This document shows positions 1 to 8,992 of a stretch of 39,187 nt of DNA, one piece after another (the stretch's first letter is position 1; each line of letters starts with the position of its first letter). The DNA lies in assembly GCA_038227875.1 (NCBI GenBank), contig JBBRPR010000075.1, forward strand, positions 1 to 39,187. Reading direction: 5' to 3'. Under the pieces are notes generated by a model. The model searched no databases and had not been told where the DNA came from. It saw nothing but the letters and a program-made list of their open reading frames with translations. Source of the stretch: Planctomycetota bacterium. GTDB taxonomy: Bacteria; Planctomycetota; SZUA-567; H5-PLA8. The position numbers and the translations under genes were made by a program.

Positions 1-243
1 ACTGGATTGTAAACCGCGTCTGTCCTGTAGACAAAGCGGTCAATACGAAGCGAGCCCCTTGACGAGGCCGCGAAAGGAAGGTACGTTTCGGTTTCGGCTA
101 CGGACGTTCAACCAATTTCAACAACGGATGGGACATCCGCCAATAAAGCTGATGTCTTTAAACTGTATGTTCGTCGGAAGGGACTTCGCCTGATCGAGAA
201 TATCAATCATTCGGACCTCCACATATGTGTGAAGGCTGGAATT

Positions 244-2187
244 CTACCTGGCCTTCCCCATGAGCTTCTGAATTTTGTTCAGTAACCTGAACGGTGAGAC
301 CGGTTTTTCCAGAAAGCTGATGTGCTCCGGCAGCATGCCATCTTTGTTGTCGAGCAGATCTTTGGAATAGCCGGACATGAACATCATGCGGATGTGCGGC
401 AGCTTCTTGCTCACGATCTCGGAAAGTTCCACGCCGTTCATTAGAGGCATCACCACGTCGGTCAGCAGCAGGTCGATGGTTCCGGTGTGCTTCTCAAGCT
501 TGGCCAGTGCTTCCTTGCCGTTGGCGGCGCTGATTACTGTGTAACCGGCGTTGACCAGCACATGCGTCAAGAGCTCTCGCACGTCATCGTCGTCTTCGGC
601 CAGCAGGATGGTCTGTCCGCCCACGACCACGGCATCCAACGTCGACGACGATGTCGCAGCCGGGATGTTTTCGATGGCGCGCGGGAAGAAGATGGAGAAC
701 TCCGTCCCCTTCCCCACGTCGCTGGCGACTTCGATGTGCCCGCCGCTTTGTTTGACGATGCCGTAAACAGTAGCCAGGCCCATCCCGGCACCCTTTTTGC
801 CTGTGTCTTTACGTGTGAAAAACGGCTCAAAAATATGTTCGCGGGTTTCCTTGTCCATGCCGCTGCCAGTGTCGGAGAACTTCAAGCAAATGAAGTGTCC
901 GGACGGCAGCGCACTTCCAGCATCGTCGGGCTTGATTTCAACATTGGAAACACGGATGTGGACTTCGCCGCCTTTCGGCATCGCGTCCCGCGCATTGGCA
1001 GCGAGATTGAGCAGGATCTGTTGCACTTGCCCGAGGTCGACTTTCACCGGCATCAATTTCGGTTCCGGGTCAACTACGGTGAGCTTGATTTCGTTACCGA
1101 GGATCTGCTGAAGCAGTTGCCGCGTATCGGCGACGTAACTGCTGAGATTGCAAAGCACCGGCTTAAGCACCTGCTTGCGGCTGTACGCGAGGAGTTGGCG
1201 CGTCAGAGAGGTAGCGGTTTCGCCGGCGTTCAGTACGGCTTGAACGCGCCGGCGACGCGGATCATCGGGCGGAAGTTCGGCCAGCAGAAGATTGCTGTGC
1301 CCGAGCACCACCGTCATCAGATTGTTGAAGTCGTGCGCGATACCACCGGCCAGGCGGCCGATGATCTCCATCCGCTGTGCCTGGTGGATCTGCTCGTCGG
1401 CCTTGCGTTGCGCAGCCTGGGTTTCTTTGCGTTGGGTGATGTCGCGAAACACCACCGCGACGCCGGTGATCTTGCCCCGGTCATTGCGCACCGGCGTGGC
1501 AGTATCGTCAATGGGGATATCGCGCCCGTCGCGGGAGAGCAGCAGCGCACCCGGCGCCAGTGTCACTGCGCAACCTTCCGCCAGCACACGGCGGACGGGA
1601 TTGGCCATCGGTTCTCGCGTGGTTTCGTGAACGGCATTGAAAATTTCTTCGAACGGCCGGCCCAGCGCGTCGTCCCAGGACCAACCAGTCAAGCGCTGAG
1701 CCACGGCGTTCATGTAGCTGATGCACCCGTCGACGTCCGTGGAAATCACCGCGTCGCCGAGACTATTGAGCGTGGTGGCCAGCCAGCGTTCCATCTTGCG
1801 CAATTTGCGGTCGGAATCGTGGCGGTGCAGGCCCAGTTCGATGGCCGTCTTCAGCGCGCGTTCTTCAAACGGCTTGAGAATGTACCCAACCGGTTCGCTG
1901 ACCTTCGCCCGTTCGATCGTGGCCGTGTCGCAGTACGCTGTCAGGAAAATGATGGGAATGTCGAAGCGTTCGCGGATCTCCTGCCCTGCTTCCACTCCAT
2001 CCTTGGCGCCGCGCAGCAGGATGTCCATCAGGACCAGATCGGGATTGAGTTCGTCGGCCTTCTCCACAGCGCTTTCGCCGGTGGCGACAATGCCCACGCA
2101 GTCGTAGCCCAGTTTCTCCAGGCGCTTCTCCAGATCGAGCGCGACGATATTCTCGTCTTCCACGACGAGAATGCGGGACTTGGTCAT
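244..2187 (-). CDS. Hybrid sensor histidine kinase/response regulator (REC-PAS-HisKA-HATPase-REC)
   Basis: N-terminal receiver (ILVVEDE...DLVLMDI...KP), PAS (DAVISTD...YMN), H-box LAGGIAHDFNNL, N-box NLAANARDAM, DTGSGM/FEPFFT/GMGL boxes, C-terminal receiver (ILLAEDD...LLLTDVVMP...KP). Start overlaps the upstream stop (ATGA at 2184-2187). Confidence 0.95.
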   Translation of the reverse strand: MTKSRILVVEDENIVALDLEKRLEKLGYDCVGIVATGESAVEKADELNPDLVLMDILLRGAKDGVEAGQEIRERFDIPIIFLTAYCDTATIERAKVSEPVGYILKPFEERALKTAIELGLHRHDSDRKLRKMERWLATTLNSLGDAVISTDVDGCISYMNAVAQRLTGWSWDDALGRPFEEIFNAVHETTREPMANPVRRVLAEGCAVTLAPGALLLSRDGRDIPIDDTATPVRNDRGKITGVAVVFRDITQRKETQAAQRKADEQIHQAQRMEIIGRLAGGIAHDFNNLMTVVLGHSNLLLAELPPDDPRRRRVQAVLNAGETATSLTRQLLAYSRKQVLKPVLCNLSSYVADTRQLLQQILGNEIKLTVVDPEPKLMPVKVDLGQVQQILLNLAANARDAMPKGGEVHIRVSNVEIKPDDAGSALPSGHFICLKFSDTGSGMDKETREHIFEPFFTRKDTGKKGAGMGLATVYGIVKQSGGHIEVASDVGKGTEFSIFFPRAIENIPAATSSSTLDAVVVGGQTILLAEDDDDVRELLTHVLVNAGYTVISAANGKEALAKLEKHTGTIDLLLTDVVMPLMNGVELSEIVSKKLPHIRMMFMSGYSKDLLDNKDGMLPEHISFLEKPVSPFRLLNKIQKLMGKAR

Positions 2188-3287
2188 TCGTGCAACCCTT
2201 TCGGTCCGTCAGGGATCGACGGCATGGCGACGGTATCCGCCGCGAACTCCACTTCAAATTTAGTACATCCCGGTGCACTGCTGAAGGACAGATTTCCATT
2301 GATCTGGCTGGTGAGTGTCGAGACCAGGCGCAATCCCAACGATCCAGTGCTTTCCATTTTGAAACCGGGAGGCAATCCCACACCATCGTCGGAGACGGAA
2401 ATCCGCGTGTGCCCGTCGCGTTCCGTGACCGAAACTCGTACGTATCCCGCCCGCCCGCCGGGAAATGCGTACTTCAGGGAATTCGATACCAGCTCATTGA
2501 GAATCAAACCGCACGGTACAGCCACGTCGAGATTCAAGGCCAGATTGTCGACCACCGGATCCAGTTGGATCCGTGCCCGGTCCACGCCATACGATCGCGC
2601 CAGGTATTCCAGCAGGTGATCGACATACGCGTGAAAATCGACCTCTTCCAGATCAGGTGATTGATACAGCTTCTCATGAATCAATGCCATCGATTTAACG
2701 CGATCTTGCGTCTCTTTATACAATTGAATACTGACGGGGTCTTTGATCTCCGTGGACTGCAGATAAAGCATGCTGACGATGATTTGCATGTTGTTTTTGA
2801 CGCGATGATGAATTTCCTTGAGCAGCACTTCCTTCTCGCGCAGCGAGGCGCGCATCTCTTCCTCGATCCGCACGCGTTGAGAGATGTCCTGGAGCTGCGC
2901 GATAAAATACAACGGCGCACGGTGCTCATCACGGACCAATGACACGTTGAGTTGCGCGCGCACTTCCTGTCCATTCTTGTGAATGTAGCGCTTTTCAATT
3001 TGGTAAGACGAAATCGTTCCGGCGAGCAATTTCTTCACGTTTTCGAGGTCTGCATTCAAATCGTCCGGATGCGTCAGAGCCTGAAAATTGGTCGCGAGGA
3101 GTTCCGCCTCCGAATATCCCAACAATGTACAGACGGCCTGGTTAACCTTTAACCAACGCCCTTCGATCCCGACGAGCGACATTCCAATCGCCGCGTAATC
3201 GCAGGCGTTACGAAAGCGCTCTTCGCTTTCCCGCAGTGCTTCCTGGGACTCCTTCAGCTCCTGAATTCCGGCTTCTTTCTTGAGCAT
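2184..3287 (-). CDS. PAS-domain sensor histidine kinase, HisKA_2 type; probably extends to 3462 through a frameshift
   Basis: PAS/PAC (VNQAVCTLLGYS...THPDD), EIHHRVKNNMQ H-box, NELVSNSLKYAF, DDGVG, SLGLRLV. No clear RBS before ATG 3287; a two-TM-like segment lies upstream in another frame. Confidence 0.9.
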   Translation of the reverse strand: MLKKEAGIQELKESQEALRESEERFRNACDYAAIGMSLVGIEGRWLKVNQAVCTLLGYSEAELLATNFQALTHPDDLNADLENVKKLLAGTISSYQIEKRYIHKNGQEVRAQLNVSLVRDEHRAPLYFIAQLQDISQRVRIEEEMRASLREKEVLLKEIHHRVKNNMQIIVSMLYLQSTEIKDPVSIQLYKETQDRVKSMALIHEKLYQSPDLEEVDFHAYVDHLLEYLARSYGVDRARIQLDPVVDNLALNLDVAVPCGLILNELVSNSLKYAFPGGRAGYVRVSVTERDGHTRISVSDDGVGLPPGFKMESTGSLGLRLVSTLTSQINGNLSFSSAPGCTKFEVEFAADTVAMPSIPDGPKGLHE

Positions 3288-3698
3288 TTTTTTCTACATC
3301 AGCCCAGACGCTCCGGCTGTGCAGCATAGTTGTCACGATGATAATGATGCTAACGATCGAAATGAGATGAGAATTCGCGAACAAACTGACTATCGCCGCT
3401 AAAACCAACAACACGTAAATGCGTATCCATTTGGGACGCGTGGCGAAAAGTCGCTCACTCATCGTGAAAATCCGCAAGTCCTGCCGACAACCATCGCATT
3501 TTGCGCTAACCTGCAGTGTCATTGCAGTTTGTGTGCCACTACCCGAAACCAATACTGTTCCACAATGTGCGACATGCATTTCGCACTTACGGCTTCTAAT
3601 AACTCTGCCAACATGGCTAAATTTGCCTCAATTGTTTTATGAAGCGTCCGATGAGTGGTACATGGCGCGCTGGAAATCGGCACCTCGGGAGCACTCGC

Positions 3699-4529
3699 AT
3701 GATCAACGCAAAGGCCATCACTCTGGATGATGTTCTCAATCGCAACATCAAACTTCCGGTCTGCCCTCACGTCTTCATGCGCTTAACCACCGATTTGAAG
3801 GCGCCCACAGTCAACAACATTGAACTGGTCGAAGTGCTCTCGTCCGATCCGGCATTGACGGCCAAAGTACTCAAAGCCGCCAACTCGGCCTTCTACGGTC
3901 CGACTCGCAACATTCGCAGCGTCGAGCAGGCCATCATGCGCATTGGCTATGACGAAGTCTGGTCCATCGCCGTCGCCGCCAAGGGCAAGGAACTTTTCGA
4001 AGGCGCCGGTGCAGAGGCTCAATTCCTGGCCATGCTCTGGGATCACTCACTAAAGACGGGGGTCTTCGCTCGCGCATTGGCCAAGCGCCTGATCTCTCAG
4101 TGCCAGGACGACGCCTATTTCACCGCCGGGATCCTGCACGATTTCGGCAAGCTCCTCTTCGCCCAACTCGACAAGCGTTACGTCGCCGCCACACAGAACG
4201 GCAGAATTCACGGCGACGAACTGACACGCGTGGAGCAGGACATGTTCGGCACCGATCACGCGATCATCGGCGGTGAACTGCTGAAGTATTGGAAGCTCCC
4301 AGACCTGATCGTCCAGCCCGTCGCGCGCCACCACGACAGCGACCTGAAATCCAGCAGCCCGAAGGCCATGGCGCGCGTGATCTGGTCGGCCAATCAGCTC
4401 GCGCACGACGTCGAAGCACAACTGAGCATTCCGCTGGAACTGATGGAGCGAGCGGGCCTTTCTCAACAGGACGTGGTCTTCGTGGCGACGGAGTCTCTGC
4501 GACAGATCGCGGTGATCCGGACGGTGTAG
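3699..4529 (+). CDS. HDOD domain-containing protein
   Basis: LPVCP...SDPALTAKVLKAANSAFYG...SVEQAIMRIG, LWDHS, FTAGILHDFGKL, DHAIIGGELLKYWKLP, HH. Start chosen at ATG 3699 after GGGAG. Confidence 0.92.
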   Translation: MINAKAITLDDVLNRNIKLPVCPHVFMRLTTDLKAPTVNNIELVEVLSSDPALTAKVLKAANSAFYGPTRNIRSVEQAIMRIGYDEVWSIAVAAKGKELFEGAGAEAQFLAMLWDHSLKTGVFARALAKRLISQCQDDAYFTAGILHDFGKLLFAQLDKRYVAATQNGRIHGDELTRVEQDMFGTDHAIIGGELLKYWKLPDLIVQPVARHHDSDLKSSSPKAMARVIWSANQLAHDVEAQLSIPLELMERAGLSQQDVVFVATESLRQIAVIRTV

Positions 4530-4614
4530 CGAGTGGACCCGATTTCCAAGTGACTCCACCCCTGTTTCCGGGTAAACGGGATGAGGCTTTTACGCCCTCA
4601 GCCCGAGGTTCCCG

Positions 4615-5787
4615 ATGAAACGCTCACGCTTTGCGCCCGCCGCATTCGCCCTGCTGGTTTTCAGTCTCGCTTGCATCGCTCGCGCCGCGGACGAGGACGA
4701 TGTCGACCATACTGGGATTGGCGCCGTCCCGGAGCAGCTCAAAAAATTGCTCCCCGTCGCGATCCAAGGCAAACGGCTGATTCTCGATCAGGACGCGTGG
4801 GAAAAAAGCGCCGCGGCCGACTCGCCCGAACAGCGCAAGAAGGTCATCGCCGAGCGCCTCGCCAAACGCATGCACACCAAGGTCGAAAACGTCCCGCCGC
4901 AGATGATCGACGGCATGCTCAATCAGACCGGCGGCATGGTCCCGGTGGATATTTTTCAGTCGATCATGGACGAGATCGGCGGCGGCATGGGCGGCAGTTC
5001 CAGCTCCGGCGGGCGCACATACAGCATGAACTACGACGGCCGTGACGTGCACAGCAGCATGAACGTGAACATGAATTCGCACGAGTTCGAAACGCGCCTG
5101 TCGGAGAAAATCGGCTCCAAGCGCGTGCTGGCCGTCTCCGACGATAAACAGCTCGGCTTTTCCATCCGCTACGCCAACGCCTCGAAAAACTGCGGCTTCA
5201 GTTTCATCCAGTCACCCGCCGGGCCGGTCAGCCTGGCAGCGTACGATGGCAAGAAAGGCATCGCGCTTACCGGCGAGGACTTCCTCGACCTGCTTCACAA
5301 GGACCCGCAGGGCACCCAGCAATACTTTATCAAGCCGCTGATGGGACTGGGCCTCGACTTTCCCTTCTCACGCAACCATCCCGCGGTGAAAGCGTTCGTC
5401 GCCACCGGCTTCAACGCCGCCGCTCCGGACGTCGCCGCAAAAGTGCAGGGGCTGTTGAAAACACTGGAAGACGAAGATCAGGACGTGCGCGAAAAGGCGT
5501 TTAAGGACCTGCTGCCGCTCTACCCGCAGGCGATTTTCGAGTTGAGCGAAGCGCTGAAAACGACGCAGGATCCCGAAGTGAAACGCCGCCTCGAGACCAT
5601 CGCCGGCAACTACCCGGATCTGCAACTGGCGCGCGAATTCGTACTGCTGGAGAAACTTCACGAGAACCGCGAATACCTGACCAGCCTGCTCAAAGACCCC
5701 GCGTACAAAGCCGGCGTCCGCGCGCGCTTGACGACGCTGGCAGGAAAAGACTACGGCGAGGATCCTGCCGCCTGGCCCAAGCAGTAA
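4615..5787 (+). CDS. Secreted hypothetical protein with C-terminal HEAT-like repeat
   Basis: Signal peptide MKRSRF...IARA; C-terminal LLKTLEDEDQDVREKAFKDL...DPEVKRR HEAT-like motif; GAGG RBS; GC3-rich codon usage. Confidence 0.8.
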   Translation: MKRSRFAPAAFALLVFSLACIARAADEDDVDHTGIGAVPEQLKKLLPVAIQGKRLILDQDAWEKSAAADSPEQRKKVIAERLAKRMHTKVENVPPQMIDGMLNQTGGMVPVDIFQSIMDEIGGGMGGSSSSGGRTYSMNYDGRDVHSSMNVNMNSHEFETRLSEKIGSKRVLAVSDDKQLGFSIRYANASKNCGFSFIQSPAGPVSLAAYDGKKGIALTGEDFLDLLHKDPQGTQQYFIKPLMGLGLDFPFSRNHPAVKAFVATGFNAAAPDVAAKVQGLLKTLEDEDQDVREKAFKDLLPLYPQAIFELSEALKTTQDPEVKRRLETIAGNYPDLQLAREFVLLEKLHENREYLTSLLKDPAYKAGVRARLTTLAGKDYGEDPAAWPKQ

Positions 5788-5880
5788 GGCGGCGCTTGGC
5801 TTTTAGCGCTTGGCTTTTGGCTCTTTGGGGCGCGAGGAGAAGATCTCGTCCGGCACCCAAATAGCCACAAGCCGCCTTTT
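5788..5880. repeat. Intergenic heptamer repeats (GCTTGGC TTTTAGC GCTTGGC TTTTGGC) with a loosely complementary far end; possible terminator between convergent genes
   Basis: Tandem 7-mers at about 5794-5821; TAGCCACAAGCCGCC at about 5862-5876 can pair with the left end; similar heptamers occur at about 7525-7551. Confidence 0.45.
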
Positions 5881-6225
5881 CTACAGCGCGTCGGAACCGC
5901 GTTCGCCGGTTCGAATTCGGACTGCATCTTCCAATTCGAGCACAAATATTTTCCCATCGCCGATTTTTCCATCGCCGGATTTTGATGAACGCGAAATCGC
6001 TTCTACCACTTTGTCGGCGACCTCTTCGTCGCAGGCGATCTCCAGCTTGACCTTGCGCACGAAGCTGACGACGTATTCGTGGCCGCGGTACACCTCCGTG
6101 TGCCCCTTCTGCCGACCGTAGCCCTGCACGTCGGAAACCGTCACGCCGTTAATGCCCGCACCTGCCAGCGCTTCGCGTACGGCGTCGAGTTTCTGCGGCT
6201 GAATCACTGCGATAATATACTTCAT
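5881..6225 (-). CDS. glnB: P-II family nitrogen regulatory protein
   Basis: MKYIIAVIQPQKLDAVREAL...GYGRQKGHTEVYRGHEY (T-loop Tyr), IGDGKIFV, RIRTGERG; GGAGG RBS before ATG 6225. glnB versus glnK cannot be distinguished from sequence; no adjacent amtB. Confidence 0.95.
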   Translation of the reverse strand: MKYIIAVIQPQKLDAVREALAGAGINGVTVSDVQGYGRQKGHTEVYRGHEYVVSFVRKVKLEIACDEEVADKVVEAISRSSKSGDGKIGDGKIFVLELEDAVRIRTGERGSDAL

Positions 6226-6392
6226 ACGCCACCTCCCATTGTCCCGTTTACATCCTTCCCCATTTAATACTCGCACCCCGATCGGTTTGCAAACTGGGTA
6301 CGCATCATAGATGCCGCGCTCGAATTTTTCGGCGCTTATGGTAGAACACGCCTTCTCAGTTCACCCTTACCGACGCAGGAGATCTCCGCCCC

Positions 6393-7517
6393 ATGTCTGT
6401 CGCTTTGAAAAAGTCCGCCGCACAAAAAATGAACGCTTTCAACGCCTCCAAATTTGAAGCTCTGGTCGGGCTCGATGGATTCGTCGACAACATCATCGAC
6501 GTCGTCGACAAGCGCTCTGACGAAACCAACTACGCCCGCGTCTCCACCATCGCGCAGCTCGGCGAACGCATTTCGCGCGCGGCGGGGCTTTCGAGCAACA
6601 TCGAGCTGGTTGTCAAACAGGAGAAACTCGGCGGAAACGGCCCCATCATGGCCAACGCGCTGATCCAGGCCAACCTCGGCGTGACGTACGTCGGCAATCT
6701 CGGACGCGATGTCGTTCACTCCGTCTTCACCGACATGGCCGCGCGCTGCAAGGCCTGCTACACGCTCTGCGAACCCGGCGTCACCGATGCGCTCGAATTC
6801 CAGGACGGCAAGCTGATGCTCGGCAAACATCAGTTCCTCAAAGGCGTCACGTACGAACGCATGCTCGAAGTCATCGGTTTGGAAAAGCTGAAAGCGATCT
6901 GGTCGAGCGCGCAACTCGTCGCGCTGACCAATTGGACGATGCTGCCGCACCAGACCAGCATCTGGCGCAGCCTGCTCAAAGACATGGCCCAGGTGAAAGT
7001 CCCCGCCGGTGCAACGTTGTTCATCGACCTCGCCGACCCCGAAAAGCGCCACGCCGAAGAAATCGCAGACGCCTGCAAGCTGCTGAAGAACTTCCGCTCC
7101 AGCCACCGCGTGGTGCTCGGCCTGAATCAGAAGGAAAGCATCGAAGTCAGCTCCGCGCTGGGCATGAAGCTGAAGGCCGAAGAGATCGAAGCCAACGCCG
7201 TGCGACTGCGCAAGGAATTGGAACTCGACACCGTCGTGATCCATCCCACCAAAAACGCCGCGTGCGCGACGGAAAAATCGAGCGGCTACGTCGACGGCCC
7301 GTACTGCGCCAACCCTAAACTGACGACCGGCGCCGGTGACAATTTCAACGCCGGATTCTGCCTGGGTCTGCTCGCCAATTTGGAACCCGCGGAACTTCTC
7401 GCCGCAGGAACCGCATCAAGCGGCTTCTACGTCCGGAACGGCCGCTCGGCCACAGGCAAGGAGTTGGTCGGTTTCCTCGAACAGTGGGCCCAGCGCGACG
7501 GCGACCCGACGTTCTAA
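6393..7517 (+). CDS. PfkB/ribokinase-family carbohydrate kinase
   Basis: N-terminal GGNGPIMANAL; C-terminal TTGAGDNFNAGF signature; AGGAG RBS. Confidence 0.88.
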   Translation: MSVALKKSAAQKMNAFNASKFEALVGLDGFVDNIIDVVDKRSDETNYARVSTIAQLGERISRAAGLSSNIELVVKQEKLGGNGPIMANALIQANLGVTYVGNLGRDVVHSVFTDMAARCKACYTLCEPGVTDALEFQDGKLMLGKHQFLKGVTYERMLEVIGLEKLKAIWSSAQLVALTNWTMLPHQTSIWRSLLKDMAQVKVPAGATLFIDLADPEKRHAEEIADACKLLKNFRSSHRVVLGLNQKESIEVSSALGMKLKAEEIEANAVRLRKELELDTVVIHPTKNAACATEKSSGYVDGPYCANPKLTTGAGDNFNAGFCLGLLANLEPAELLAAGTASSGFYVRNGRSATGKELVGFLEQWAQRDGDPTF

Positions 7518-7518
7518 C

Positions 7519-7552
7519 GGCGGCTCTTGGCTGTTAGCTCTTGGCTCTTGGG
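7519..7552. repeat. Heptamer tandem repeat (TCTTGGC TGTTAGC TCTTGGC TCTTGGG)
   Basis: Seen directly after the PfkB stop codon; same unit family as 5794-5821. Confidence 0.5.
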
Positions 7553-7590
7553 AGTTTTCTTGCGGCGATTGTGAACTAAAGAGCGCGCAC

Positions 7591-7980
7591 ATGGCACTGG
7601 ACATATTCGTTTCACTAAGTCATGAAGTGCGAATGAGCGGAGCGCCTACCTGCGAGTTTGAGGACGACGGGTACTACTGGTATCTGTGGCCCGCGTTTGA
7701 AGATTTGAAAATCAAGACCGGGCAGTTGATCGATCTTTACGGTGGATGTGAATTCGCGGGCGACTCTCTCATCTCCCTATGAGAAACTCTGCTCGCCGCA
7801 AAAAAATTGCTTGATGCTCAGCCTGATCATTGGGCGCAGGAAGTCGGCAGGACTTTGGACGGCACTCCAATTATGAAGCAGGTCGACCGAAGGAGGATGC
7901 GCGACCTGCTCGAACGATTTCTGCACGTAGTCGACTTTTCAATAATGCGCGGCTCAAAAGTTTATGGCCTCGGCGATTGA
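7591..7980 (+). pseudogene. Small hypothetical gene (129 codons) interrupted by an in-frame TGA at 7780-7782
   Basis: MALDIFV...EDDGYYWYLWPAFEDLKIKTGQLIDLYGGCEFAGDSLISL*ETLLAAKKLLDAQPDHW...KVYGLGD*: the frame stays open and protein-like for 65 codons after the stop. Confidence 0.65.
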
Positions 7981-8041
7981 TCGCGCGCCAACCAAAGAAT
8001 GTGCTCGCGATCTTCCTATCCCATGAGCCGACAGCAAAGAT

Positions 8042-8881
8042 CTACGCCCCCATCTCCCCAATCAACCGCGTCACCACCTTGGTCAACTTCGGCTCCGCAG
8101 CATTCGCGACGGCGATGATGTCCTCCAACCTCGCCGGCTCCAGCGCATCAGGCAGGCAACGGTCAGTCACGATCGTCGCCGCGAAAACCTTGAGGCCTGC
8201 GTGCACAGCCACGATGACTTCCGGCACGGTGCTCATGCCAACGACATCGGCTCCGATCGCGCGGAGGAATCGGTATTCGGCTCGCGTCTCCAGGCACGGG
8301 CCGGAAACGCCCACATACACGCCCTTGTACGCGCGGATGTGCTCTTCGATCGCAATCTCCATGGCGCGCTTCAGCAACGCCTTGTCATACGGCTCGCACA
8401 TATCCGGAAAGCGCTGTCCGAGCCGTTCGTCGTTAGGGCCAACCAGCGGGTTGCCGGGAAAGAGATTGATGTGGTCTTCGATCAGCACGAGATCACCCTT
8501 GTCGTGCTGCGGATTCATGCCGCCCACCGCACCACTTAAGAACAGCGTGCTGGCGCCCATCGCTTTTGCTACGCGGACGGGCAGCGTGAGCTGCTCGAAC
8601 GACCAGCCTTCATAAAAATGGAAGCGTCCATCAAATGCAAGGATCGGCGTGCCACCCAGCGTGCCGTAGACAACGCGGCCGGCGTGACTCTTGACCGTCG
8701 AAACCGGAAAGTGTGGGATGCTGTGGTAAGGGAGGTCCTTGATGTTCTGGATCTGCTTGGCCAGTCCGCCCAGCCCCGTGCCAAGGACCACCGCGGCGCG
8801 CGGCGGAGCGGACACGATCCGCGAAATCGCCTGAGCAGCGGCTTGAATCTGATCGTAAAGCGGTAATTCCGTGGTGGACAT
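8042..8881 (-). CDS. punA: Purine nucleoside phosphorylase, trimeric PNP I/xapA-like family
   Basis: VVLGTGLG, STVKSHAG, GRFHFYEG, DHIN, GPCLETRAE, VGMSTVPE motifs; AGGAG RBS before ATG 8881. Confidence 0.93.
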   Translation of the reverse strand: MSTTELPLYDQIQAAAQAISRIVSAPPRAAVVLGTGLGGLAKQIQNIKDLPYHSIPHFPVSTVKSHAGRVVYGTLGGTPILAFDGRFHFYEGWSFEQLTLPVRVAKAMGASTLFLSGAVGGMNPQHDKGDLVLIEDHINLFPGNPLVGPNDERLGQRFPDMCEPYDKALLKRAMEIAIEEHIRAYKGVYVGVSGPCLETRAEYRFLRAIGADVVGMSTVPEVIVAVHAGLKVFAATIVTDRCLPDALEPARLEDIIAVANAAEPKLTKVVTRLIGEMGA

Positions 8882-8992
8882 GCGCAACAAGCTCCTTGTT
8901 CAATTCGCCCTGATGGCTCGACTTTTTTCGTGGTAGTCAGTCTTACCATCTACACATATAAAAGTCGTGTGTATCTCGGGGAGGCCGACACC

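Noticed and set aside
487..2619. 710-aa plus-strand ORF
   Set aside because: Antisense shadow of two clear kinase genes; no motifs; expected from GC-rich codon bias.
6336..7244. 302-aa minus-strand ORF and similar antisense ORFs (11734-12624, 14376-15284, 18780-19823, 27912-28793)
   Set aside because: All lie opposite well-supported genes and show no domain signatures.
7830..8615. 261-aa plus-strand ORF
   Set aside because: Overlaps punA antisense; Ser/Arg-rich shadow translation.
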